Positions 38,482 to 49,555 of a stretch of 64,000 nucleotides of DNA are shown in pieces. A model generated the notes under the pieces. That model searched no databases. It saw only the letters and a list, made by a program, of their open reading frames with translations, and was not told the DNA's origin. Position numbers and translations under genes: made by a program. The stretch comes from Octopus sinensis (Eukaryota), in the NCBI RefSeq assembly GCF_006345805.1, contig NC_043006.1, positions 37,758,001 to 37,822,000 of the forward strand, read 5' to 3'. Position 1 is the first letter of the stretch, and every line of letters begins with the position of its first letter.

Positions 38482-39418
38482 TGTAAATTTGACCTGTGGA
38501 AGTCTGTTTATTTATGAACTTTGGACGTACAGTTGGCAGGGGAGTAAAGAAACTTTTTTGAAATATTAAAAAAATATTTTTAATCGTTTGATAAAACTTT
38601 TTTAGCCATCGGACATTTACTTTATCTTTGTCTATTAGTTTTGGTAATTTACGAATTTTTAGTCATTTATATTTACCTTTTTGATAGACCATTCTATTTG
38701 TATTTTATTTGAATGTATTTTTTATGAGTTAAAGAACCATGGTGATATTTATGTGATTAAATGTTTGAGGTATGGTGTTATATATAAAGTTGTTGACTCA
38801 AATTTAATATTTGTTCTATAACCAATGATTCTTTATATATTATTATATGTATATATATATTAGGTTGATGCAAATCAACACACAAGGCTTTGGTCATTCT
38901 GGATAATTTGCAAATAACTTGAGGGAATCTCCATTTGAATTTTCTAGAATCAACATATGCACACAGTAGCAAGTGGATTGGCATACACAAACACACACAC
39001 ACACACACACACATGAACAGTAATGGAACACACACACACTCGTGTACTAAAGCAACATGTGTAACCATTACACAAATGCAGGTTTATTCACACATACACT
39101 AACATAAATAAACACACCAGACACCAACTTATTCATAAAAACTCATGAAGTGTTTACACTTAAACAAAAGGCCCTTGTCACATTGTTAGTAACTGCTTTG
39201 GATTCCGCAAAGAAAAAAACTCAGAGAAATCTCAAAGACAAACATGTATACATTGTGATCAATGGACATCAACAAGTAATTCTTTCACATTATGTCAAAC
39301 CAAAGCTTCTTTATAAACCTTTATTTAATACAGTTCTATATTCAAGAGATGAGGAATTATGTACGTTATTTACATTATTTATATTTGATGGATATTTGTC
39401 CTCATCTTGTTTGTTGCT

Positions 39419-39465
39419 AACACAACGTTTCGGCTGATATACCCTCCAGCCTTCATCAGGTGTCT
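39419..39465 (-). ncRNA. Minimal (Penelope-type) type-I hammerhead ribozyme, intact core
   Basis: AGACAC-CTGATGA-A-GGCTG gagggtatat CAGCC-GAA-ACGT-T-GTGTT; palindromic stem III; predicted cut between 39424 and 39423. Confidence 0.85.
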
Positions 39466-39543
39466 TGGGGAAATTTCGAACCTGGGTTCTCATTCCTAAG
39501 GTATTTTTTGATGTTATTATTATTATTAATATTACTATTATTC

Positions 39544-39618
39544 GGGCATATGGCATAGTTGTTAAGAGTGCAGGCTACTAACCCCAAGATTCCGAGTTCA
39601 ATTCCAAGCAGTGACCTG
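39544..39618 (+). promoter_or_regulatory. tRNA-like head with Pol III A and B boxes
   Basis: A box TGGCATAGTTG (39551), B box GAGTTCAATTCC (39594-39605), anticodon-like loop CTACTAA. Confidence 0.75.
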
Positions 39619-39680
39619 AATAATAATAATAACATCAAAAAATACCTTAGGAATGAGAACCCAGGTTCGAAATTTCTCCA

Positions 39681-39727
39681 AGACACCTGATGAAGGCTGG
39701 AAGGTATATCAGTCGAAGCGTTGTGCT
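39681..39727 (+). ncRNA. Hammerhead motif, mutated (A15.1G)
   Basis: AGACAC-CTGATGA-AGGCTG...CAGTC-GAAG-CGT-T-GTGCT. Confidence 0.7.
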
Positions 39728-40891
39728 AACAACAAACGAGATGAGGACAAATATCCATCAAATGTAAATAAAGTAAATAATAAACCTTCATTTATATTTT
39801 GTTTTTTGTGATGCAGTGAAAGTGCGTGGCCTCATGGTTAGGGCATTGCACATAAAATCATGAGATTGTAGTTTCAATTCCTGGATGAGGCAACGTATTG
39901 TGTTCTTGAACAAATCACTTTATTCTATATTGGATCAGTCTGCTCATCTGTAAATGAATAAACCTGCAATGGACTGGTATTCTGTTCAGAGGGAATGTAG
40001 TGCTTCTGATTCCTTACATACAATAGAAATCAGGTAACAATCCCTGCAAGTTCTAAGACTTGAGACAATAATGTCGAGGGGGGGGGGCAATGACGATAAC
40101 ACACACATGAGTTTTTTTTTTCTGCTCCAACTCGTGAAGTACTATTGTGCAACTGACTACTGAAGGAGTGGAGGTCTTCCAATTGTAATCCAGCCACCTT
40201 TAGTACTTGCCCATCATCATTATCATTCAACATCTGTTTTCCATGCTGGCATGGGTTGGATGGCTTGTAGGGGCTGGCAAGGGCAGGATCCACAATAGCT
40301 TCCATAGTTTGTCTTGGTATGGTTTCTACAGCTGGATGCCCTTTCCAATGTCAACCACTTTATAGGAGTGTACAAAGTGCTATTCATGTGGCATCTGCAC
40401 CGATAAACACCACTAGTACTGGTACCATGTAGAAAGCACCCATTGACATAGCAAAACATATACTGACCAAGTGCAACAGCTTTTTTAATTCAACTGGTTG
40501 TTACTGAGAATGACTAAAATTCTTGCAGCAAATGCCACCTCACCAGTAACGCAACCCATTAAGTTTTGTAACTTCAATCAGATCTGACATTCATTATTTA
40601 ATGACAAACTGTGTGATTGCGCAAACATGCAGTAACCAAGTTCTCAAAAGAAACAATTGTTTTGCTTACACACACACACACACATACATATCTACATTGT
40701 AAATATATTTTATATATATATATATATTACATACAAATTAATAGGAATAACCACCAAAGTGGATTCCTAATATGCTAAAGATTGATGTCAAATCACCTTA
40801 CCATGAAGAGTGTTCTCAAAAAAAATTTCAGCAAACGCCAGAATGTAAAAATGAGCTAGACAAATGAAAATATACGAAATAAAACAATTAC

Positions 40892-40955
40892 CTACGTACC
40901 ATGTTTCATTTGTAAATATTTACGAATATAAATATCTGCAAACTCATCAGCATAG
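40892..40955 (-). ncRNA. Type-I hammerhead ribozyme motif, near intact
   Basis: CTATG-CTGATGA-GTTTGCAGATATTT atattcgt AAATATTTACAAAT-GAAA-CATGG-TA-CGTAG. Confidence 0.75.
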
Positions 40956-41837
40956 TCTGCCGCTTGTATATATATATATATATATATATATAAATTGTAT
41001 GTATTTATCACACACACACATACACATATGTATATATATATATATACACATATATACACACACATACATATATGCATACATATATATGTATATATATACA
41101 CACACATATATATTTGTGTTTATATATGCACGTATGTGAGGGTGTGTGTGTATATATATTATATATATTGTATGTATTTATCACCCCCCCACACACACAG
41201 ATATGTGTGTGTATATACATACATACATACATACAAACACACATATATATATATATATGTAAAATACATAGATATGGAAAAACGCGTGTGTATATTTGTG
41301 TGTGTGTGTGAGTGTGCATGTGCATGTATAGACTAGTATACATAAAATTGTAACACTAAAGAAATCCCTCAAGAGCTGTACTTAAGTACAACGGGTAACT
41401 GCTGTTTTAAGACAAATAGGCATTATGTTTCCCCTTCAAGATATTGGATGTGAAAATTGGAAAATTGAATTCAAGTATTTCATAATATTCAAAGAACTTC
41501 ATTTGAATTGGTTTCAGTGCATATTTCAAACAAATCCTAGGTGAGATCTCTTTAATATTTGCTTCAGAATATTTAATTTTGTTATAGCACACATATACAC
41601 ACACACATGAATATGTCCATATATATTTTCATACATACGTACAAATATTGCTATATGTGTGTATATATACATATATGGAGAGGCAGTGATGTTGATAAAA
41701 CACCATTAGGTTTTGCACATATAAATAGACGCACACTTAGACACATATACACATACAACTAGATTCAAAAAGATATATACATATACATACACACACATGT
41801 ACACATATACTTTAGTAAAAAGCAGCAAAAATATCAC

Positions 41838-41885
41838 AAAAACTGTTACTCAGAGTTTCACGTTCACATTCGTTGGGTAGTTTTG
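41838..41885 (-). ncRNA. Degenerate hammerhead motif
   Basis: CAAAACTAC-CCAACGA-ATG tgaa CGT-GAA-ACTC T GAGT-A-ACAGTTTT; 3' half canonical, 5' core altered. Confidence 0.5.
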
Positions 41886-42784
41886 TTTAGAATGGAACAA
41901 GATAAAGTTATATGCAGAAATACAATTACTTTCACTACAAACATACCCTGTATTTTGTTTGTAGTTGTGTCTGATGTTGGTGTCGTGCTGGTGGCATGTA
42001 AAGTGCACCCACTACACTCTTGGAGTGGTTGGCATTAGGAAGGGCATCCAGCTGTAGAAACCATGCCAAATCAGCTTCCTAGCTTACTAATTTTCAGTCA
42101 AACTGTGCAACCCATGCCAGCATGGAAAGCGGATGTTAATTGATGATGATGATGATGACAATGCTGCACTTGAGATTTATCTGTTGATGATTGGCAGTCC
42201 AGATACAAGTGCTTACTTCTATATTTCCAAACAACATTAGGTAGTATTTTCAAACGCTGTTCCACTCCATCGGAGGTAATGTTCCAGCCTTAAGGTAATG
42301 AAATCACACTGAAGTCCGATTGGCAGTTAATAAAGGAACTTCCCTGGTTATGGTAAATATGAGCCAATGTCATATAAAAGGCACCCAGAGTACACTCTGT
42401 AAAGAAGTTGGTGTTAGGAAGGGTATCCAGCTGTAGAAACCATGCTAAAACAGATGACTGGAGCCCGATGCAGCCCTTCAGCTTCACCAGCTCCTTGTCA
42501 TACCATCCAACCCAAGCCAGCAATGGTTGGATGGTTTGACATTAAATGATGATGATAAGGTTGTAAATGAGCATTGCTGCAACACAAGCAATGCTGTTTG
42601 TTTCCAGTCTTCCATGCTTAATCCATCTGGCCATTGGGTAATATTAACTTGCTTGGGAACAAGTAAGGGTTGCCAACAGAATGGACAACAGGCTGTAGAG
42701 AATCTGTCTCAACAAATTGCACCTGACCAATACAAGCATAGAAACAGGGTTGTTAAATGATGCTCACACATACACACACGCTTA

Positions 42785-43225
42785 TACATTATTTACATTT
42801 GACGGATATTTTTCCTCATTTTGCTTGTTGTTAACACAACATTTCGGCTGATATACCTCCAACTTTCATCAGGTGTCTTGGGGAAATTTCGAACCTGGGT
42901 TCTCATTCCTGAAGTATTTTTAGTTGGTGTTGTTGTTGTTATTATAATTATTCAGGTCACTGGAACCGAACTCTGTATCTTGGGGTTAGTACACCGCACT
43001 CTTAACTATTACACCATAAGTCCAAGATTCCGAGTTTGATTCCAGCGACCTGAATAATAATAATAATAATAATAATAACAACAACATCAAAAAATACCTT
43101 AGGTTCGAAATTTTCCCAAGACACCTGATGAAGGCTGGAGGGTATATCAGCCAAAACGTTGTGGACAAATATCGGTCAAATGTAAATAATGTACATAATT
43201 CCTCATCTCTTAAATATAGAACTAC
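42785..43225. mobile_element. Fold-back dimer of the tRNA-headed hammerhead element (copy B)
   Basis: Minus unit with head at 43017-42953 and hammerhead at 42833-42878; plus unit with truncated head at 43022 and hammerhead at 43119-43163 (G12A). Confidence 0.9.
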
Positions 43226-43490
43226 ACATATTTATGTATATACCGTTGCTATTATGTAATTTGTCCAAATTTGAGCAAATGCGCTTTTTTCAATATTTAG
43301 TTTTGTTTGCAACAGCCAGTTCTTTTGGTCAAACTATTGTATCCCCAGCTGCTTTAGATGCCAAGATATCGGTTGTTAAGCTATGGCAGGGGGACAAACA
43401 TACACAAACACACACACATATATAGAACGAGCTTCTTTCTGTCTGCCAAATCCACTTACAAGGCTTTGGTCGGCCCAAGGCTATAGTAGA

Positions 43491-43957
43491 GGACACAGCA
43501 AATGTGTCGAAGCCGACAGGAAGCGTCGATGCTTCCTAGGGCTAAACAACGGTGGTGTAATCCCCTACTGTCACGTTAAGTTGACAGTATACAACCACTC
43601 TATCGCCCCACCACCGTACATATCTCTATGAGATATTTAGAAATTTATTATTTCTGATTTTGGTGATCAGTGAATAAACTTCTCTGAAAATTAGATATAT
43701 ATGTTTATGAAGTTGAGACAGATATCTTCAGCTAGCAGGCTTCTGCTACTCTAGACCGATGATGGGCAAAGGCCCTGAAACATGCGTGTCTCTAGATGCA
43801 GGCCTAGCTGTTGGGGGTATTTGTCTCCCCTTCGTAAATATATAAGGACACAGAAAATGTGTCGAAGCCGACAGGAAGCTTCGATGCTTCCTAGGGCTAA
43901 ACAGCGGTGGTGTAATCCCCTACTGTCACGTTAAGTTGACAGTATACAACCACTCTA
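43491..43957 (+). mobile_element. Retrozyme-like partial tandem, 355-nt monomer
   Basis: 112-bp direct repeats 43491-43602 and 43846-43957 (3 mismatches) enclosing a hammerhead; several internal hairpins. Confidence 0.8.
43750..43796 (+). ncRNA. Type-I hammerhead motif, U4C variant, GUC site
   Basis: TCTAGA-CCGATGA-T GGGC aaag GCCC T-GAA-ACA tgcg TGT-C-TCTAGA. Confidence 0.7.
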
Positions 43958-43958
43958 A

Positions 43959-43990
<32 letters not shown>

Positions 43991-44489
43991 ATATATACAC
44001 ATACATACACACATGGGATGAAGGAAAGATATTGTATTCTTAAGATGGCACAGTGCTGTTCAATGATGTATGAATCTGTGTGTGTATGTATATGTATGTG
44101 GGGAATCATTCTTGTAAGTGGTAGGTCTATGAAGGCTGGTGATCACTACAACCAGAAAATATATATCCCTCACATATCTCAATGATCTTTCATGTGTATT
44201 TTGGGCTCGTTTTTTAAGTGGTATATGATGACGCAAAGTACTCTATTTTGGGTTCTTTGTAGTTCGTTGTGATTTGTTGTAGAAATACTGGGAGCTTGGG
44301 CAGGACAGGCATAATCGATGATGGATCTCATAAAAAGAAAAGAAACCTATCCAGCACTGTAATTGGAATAGATTAAAGAATGGATATAGATTGTATGAAG
44401 GAGGACATGAAGTGATGAGAGAGAGGCTGGGAGTTGAGAGAGATATGGTGGGCGAAGTGTATAGAGGTAAAGAGAAAGACAATGCAGCA

Positions 44490-44501
44490 TAGATATAAGG
44501 G

Positions 44502-44547
<46 letters not shown>

Positions 44548-45200
44548 TAAAAAAAAACATACATGGATGGGGAGAGAGGGAGAGAGAGGCAAAGAAAGGG
44601 GAAGAGGGAGGGAGAGAAAAAGAAGAGGAGAAGAGAGAGAAGGGGAGAGAGGGGGAGGGCGAGCAAGAGGGAGAGAGAGGGGAGAGAGATGTAGAGAAAA
44701 AGAGAGGAGAGGATGGAGGAGAGAGAGGCAGAGAAAAAGAGAGGGGAGAGAGAGCCAAAGAAAAAGAGGGGAGAGAGGGCGAGGGAAAGAGAGAGGGAGA
44801 GAGAGATAAACAGAAAATATATCAGAGTGAATGGTGAAAAGGAAATAAAGTGAAGACATGCTGTGAGAAAGAAAAGCTAAAAAGAAACACCAAGAAAGAG
44901 AGAGGAAGGGAGAAAGAGATTGAAGGAGAGATTGTGTGAGAGAGACAGAGTGTGACAAAGGGAGATGTATATATAAAGAGAGGGGGAGGGAGAGAGAAAG
45001 AGAGAGAAACAGCAAAAATGAAAAGATATGGAGAAGGAAGGAGAGAGTGAAAAAGAGACAATGATGACAAAATAGAGAGAGAGAGGGGGAGGGAGGGGGC
45101 ATGTAGAGACAGAAGGGAATGTATAGAGAAAGAAAGAGAGAGATAGAAACAGGGATAGAGAAAGAGAGAGAGAGAGATAAGTAAAGGAGAAGTTAGCCAT
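44490..45200. repeat. Polypurine (GA-rich) tract
   Basis: About 700 bp, predominantly A/G on the plus strand. Confidence 0.9.
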
Positions 45201-46109
45201 AAAGCTAGGAAAGACAGTAAAAAGAAAAAGGCAAAGCATTTAGAAATGTTCTGATTTTTGTCTTCAAATATGAATGGGCAGAAAGAGAAGACACATACTC
45301 AAAGAAAGGAATGCTTTATCTATGAAACTGTTTCCTTTTAGTAAACAGTTTTGAATCTGTAAATTCATTTTACACATTTCTCTGTTTGTTATTCTCTTTT
45401 AATTTTCGTTTTCGGTTTTGAGATAAGTTTTACTCTAGTTTAATTTAATTATTCACTGTGTATCATTTAAGTGAGTAAAGTAAGAAGTCTTGGGGACACA
45501 GAAGCTATTGTTCGTTGATGGTATGACGAGTGTGGACAGGATTAGATGGAGGACAGAGATAAACATGAGACATGTGTAATCACTGAATGATTTATGTATT
45601 GGGTTAAAAGCAGCTCAACAGTTTGTTTGTTTTTTTTTTTTTTGCTTTCTCACTGATACCCAGTGCTAGATTAACCATTAAGCTAAATAAGCATGTGCTT
45701 AGACCATCAAAGGAAGGTGGGGTTCCACAGAAATGGTAAACTAAGTACCAGTGAAACACTGGAGGTCAATGTAATCGACTCGTCCTCTCTCCCAAAATTT
45801 CAGACCTTACGGCAAAGTGGACCTTGGTGGAATTTGAACTCAGAACACAAACATGGACAAAATGCCACTAAGCATTTTGCCCGTCATGCTAACGATCCTG
45901 CCTTAAATTATGATAATTGTTAAAATAATATTCAAAGTGGTCTACATGATTGTAAATATAATTTCAAAGTGTTCATGGTGTCACAGTGATGATCTGATCA
46001 AAGATTTAGCCATTAAAAAAAGTAGGAGAAAATGTTTCAAATATATTAAGTGTTTATTACACAAAAATAAACATTATTTTCCATCTTCCTGTTAGTCTTG
46101 TTTCATTTT

Positions 46110-46520
46110 ACTCTTTTACTTGTTTCAGTCACTTGACTGTGGCCATGCTGGAGCACCGCCTTTAGTTGAGCAAATCGACCCCAGGACTTATTCTTTGTAA
46201 GCCTAGTACTTATTCTATCGGTCTCTTTTGCCAAACCACTAAGTTAAGGGGACGTAAACACACCAGCATCAGTTGTCAAGCGATGATGGGGGACAAACAC
46301 AGACACACAAACATATACACACACACAAACACATACATACACATACATATATATATACATATATACGACGGGCTACTTCCAGTTTCTGTCTACCAAATCC
46401 ACTCAAGGATTTGGTCAGTCAGAGGCTATAGTAGAAGACACCTGCCCAAGGTGCCACGCAATGGGAATGAACCTGGAACCATGTGGTTCATAAGCAAGCT
46501 ACTTACCACACAGCCACTCC
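46110..46520 (-). mobile_element. SINE family 1, full length
   Basis: Reverse complement of the reference copy; another copy at about 46985-47310. Confidence 0.9.
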
Positions 46521-48124
46521 TATGCCTATGGGAAAAAAAATTCATTTTATGGTTTATTATTGTTTATATTTTGATATACATATATGTGGGGGCACCAAAA
46601 TCATTTAAGTGCTTAGGGCATGTATGGGTCATGGTTCAGTCCTGCTAATACTTAAGACCAGAAAAATAAGGGGAATCCTATCTCCTGTTGCTCGACCTGT
46701 TATAAATAACAGCCAAATCTCTCTTAAATTATGTTGTGCATTTTGAAAGAGAGAGGGAGGGAGGGAGAGAAAGAGTGAGAGAGAAAGAAAGAGAGAGTGA
46801 GAGAAAACGTCTATTGCAGCCTGAGATGCTTTGCTTGTGATAAGATTGGACTGTCATGGCTTAAATGCCTTTGATCATATGCAGTGCCATCTGCAGGCAT
46901 GGGTACACTGGGCAGTTGACTTGGGATCTCATGTGTCTAGAAGCCCAATGCTAATCTATTTAATCTGTTGTCGTGTATCCCAGTTCTTATTCTTTGTAAG
47001 CCTAGTACTTATTCTATCAGCCTCTTTTGCTGAACTGTTAAGTTACAAGGATGTAAACATACCAACATTGGTTGTCAAGCAATGGTGGGGGGGGGGATAG
47101 ACACAAAGACACACACATGAATTTATACATATATACGTATGTATATACATACATATATGATGGGGTTTCTTTCAGTTTCCGTCTACCAAATCCATTCACA
47201 AAGCTTCGGTTGGCCTGAGGCTAGAGTAGAAGACACTTTCCCAAGGTGTCACACAATGGTACTGAACCCTGAACCATGTGCTTTGGAAGCAAACTTCTTG
47301 CTACACAGCCACATCTGAACCTTTGTAGAAAATTTCATTAAAAAATATGTAGTGTTCAGACAGTTATGAGGAAACAAAGTCAGTGTAGGGGCGATGGGGA
47401 ACACTTGTGTAGGCATGCTGGTTTTTCCACGTATAGCACAAGAAAATGCAGCAGTTCCTGCAAATGTCATAATTTAACATATTACATGTAGCAATTGAAA
47501 CATGTAGCAATTGAATTTTATTTATTATAGCTCTAAGATATATTAAAGCTGTCTATTTCTTTAATTTAAGCTTTCCATTTCTCTATCGCTTTCATCTATG
47601 GAAAGATTATTGTCAAAGATATTTTTGTTGAACAACGAAATCCATTTATTTATACATAATGATTTTAACAACGAAATATGTTTATTATAAGAAAACGTAT
47701 CTTGGAATTGGCAATTTCTTCAGTGCTAATTGCCATGTGTGACGTGTTAAATTGTCATATACGTTAATATCATTCACTGCTGTTTGCTGAATTATTTTTA
47801 GCTTGAGGTGTAAAAGTAAGCTACAATAGTAAAAGTTAGTTAACCTACGAATTGTGGGCAGCAGGGCAAAGATGCTTGAGTACCCAATCTTTACCTCTAT
47901 GATGACATCATTTAAAATGTCATTGTTTTCAGGGTGGTGGGTGGCAGAGAAAATTTGATGGCTGTTTCTAACATATCCAGTGCTCACTTGCATATATGTG
48001 TGAATGCATGTGACTGTGTACATATGTGAGTGTGCATCGATTCTTCTGTGGCTTAGAAGTATGTTGACTTCTATTTCTAGCAAAGCAGGTGCTTATGTAG
48101 TACCCTAGTATTTATATATATATA

Positions 48125-48500
48125 TTCTTTTATTCTTTTACTTGTTTCAGTCATTTGACTACAGCCATGCTGGAGCACCACCTTTAGTTGAACAAATCAG
48201 CCCCAGGACTTATTCTTTGTAAGTCTAGTACTTATTCTATTGGTCTCTTCTGCCGAACTGCTAAGTTAGAAGGATGTAAGCACACCAACTTTGGTTGTCA
48301 AGCAATGGTGGAAGTACAAACACACACACATATATATATATGATGGGCTTTTTTCAATTTCTGCCTACCAAATCCACTCACAAGGCTTTGGTCGGCCCAA
48401 GGTTATAGTAGAAGACACTTGCCCAAGGTTCCACGCAATGGGACTGAACCCAGAACCATGTGGTAAGTAAGCTACTTACCACACAGTGACTCCTGTGCCT
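48125..48500 (-). mobile_element. SINE family 1, full length
   Basis: Reverse complement of the reference copy, inserted in (TA)n. Confidence 0.9.
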
Positions 48501-48706
48501 ATATATTTATATATCTTATATATAATAATCAATTTTGTCTATATGGTTTTTATGCTCGCAGCCCCTAACATTATTATTTTTAGGAATAACAATGTTCTCT
48601 TATATTTATGAATAATTTCACATGGTTCGTTTGTTTCAATGGTGTTCGAGAACTCAAACGAATTACAAGCATGGTAGCGGTGAATACTATTAGATGTCTC
48701 CTGTAG

Positions 48707-48764
48707 ATCTGACTGAAGAGAATCAGGTGCTTTTGGCACTAAATTCAAAACCATAATATCAGAT
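48707..48764 (+). ncRNA. Degenerate hammerhead motif (G12A)
   Basis: ATCTGA-CTGAAGA-GAAT...GTGC tttt GGCAC...ATTC-AAAA-CCATAA-TA-TCAGAT; perfect 6-bp stem I. Confidence 0.6.
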
Positions 48765-49189
48765 TAACTGACATTCCTTCTGCATCCTTTGCAGAGGTAA
48801 GGCGCTATTCTTATTTACTGAAATGTTTTCCAATTGTGCTTAGGAGTATTTTGACTTCTATTTTTTAGCAGAGCAGGTACTTATGTAGTACCTTAGTACA
48901 TATAAATATATTTATACATCTTAAATATAATTAATTTTTTCTATATGGCTTTTAGACTCTCTGCCACTAATGTTATTATTTTAAAGAATAATAACGTTCT
49001 CTTATATATATATATATAAATTAAGCAGAAAATGGAGAAATCTTCATCAACAACAATTGACTACCATCGATTATTATTTTTTAATACAAAACTCTATGCC
49101 ATCTAACAGCTGTTTCTGCTTTCTATGTCCTGCAGTGTTGCCAAGGAAAATTCTAAGAATAATATTTGTCATATTTTGTAACACATCTA

Positions 49190-49432
49190 ATCTGGAACAT
49201 GGAGCTTCATCAGAGTGAAAAAAATACATAAAATAAAAGAAAAGAAAAGAAGAGCCTCGGGAAGAGGAATGAAGGCTTAATATATTTGAATCATACTGCC
49301 GTTGAGTAAATGCCTTCATTGCTCCTCCCGGGGGCTCTTCTTTTCTGTTCTTTTATTTTATGTGTTTTTTTCATTCTGATGAAGCTCCATGTACCAGATC
49401 GGATGTATGCAGCACGGAATTTTGTCAGTGAA
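49190..49432. mobile_element. Inverted-repeat element (about 87-bp arms) with a degenerate hammerhead at 49370-49432(+)
   Basis: 49190-49276 pairs with 49312-49399; TTCATT-CTGATGA-AGCTCCAT...ATGCAGC-acGGAA-TTTT-GTC-AGTGAA. Confidence 0.65.
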
Positions 49433-49555
49433 CAAGTCACAACCTCAAAGCGCCGAAAATATTTCGGCAAATCAAATTTAAATGTTGAAGTGAATCTAAC
49501 GGTTTTTGTGTGTTTCTTAAATGGCTTATAAACACCTTCCACACTGCAATTGCTT

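Larger units (their letters stand above)
39329..39783. mobile_element. Fold-back dimer of a tRNA-headed, hammerhead-bearing element (copy A)
   Basis: Arms about 39360-39540 and 39615-39780 are reverse complements; tRNA-like head in the centre. Confidence 0.9.
48064..49010 (+). mobile_element. Partial-tandem element (about 405-nt monomer) with a degenerate hammerhead, interrupted by a SINE
   Basis: 48064-48110 matches 48851-48899, and 48501-48609 matches 48906-49010; SINE at 48125-48500. Confidence 0.65.

Noticed and set aside
39544-39618. Genuine tRNA-Ser(ACT) gene
   Set aside because: No acceptor stem or long variable arm; embedded in a repeated element
44243-45239. Ser/Leu/Pro/Phe-rich ORFs of up to 251 aa
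   Set aside because: Antisense reading of a polypurine tract
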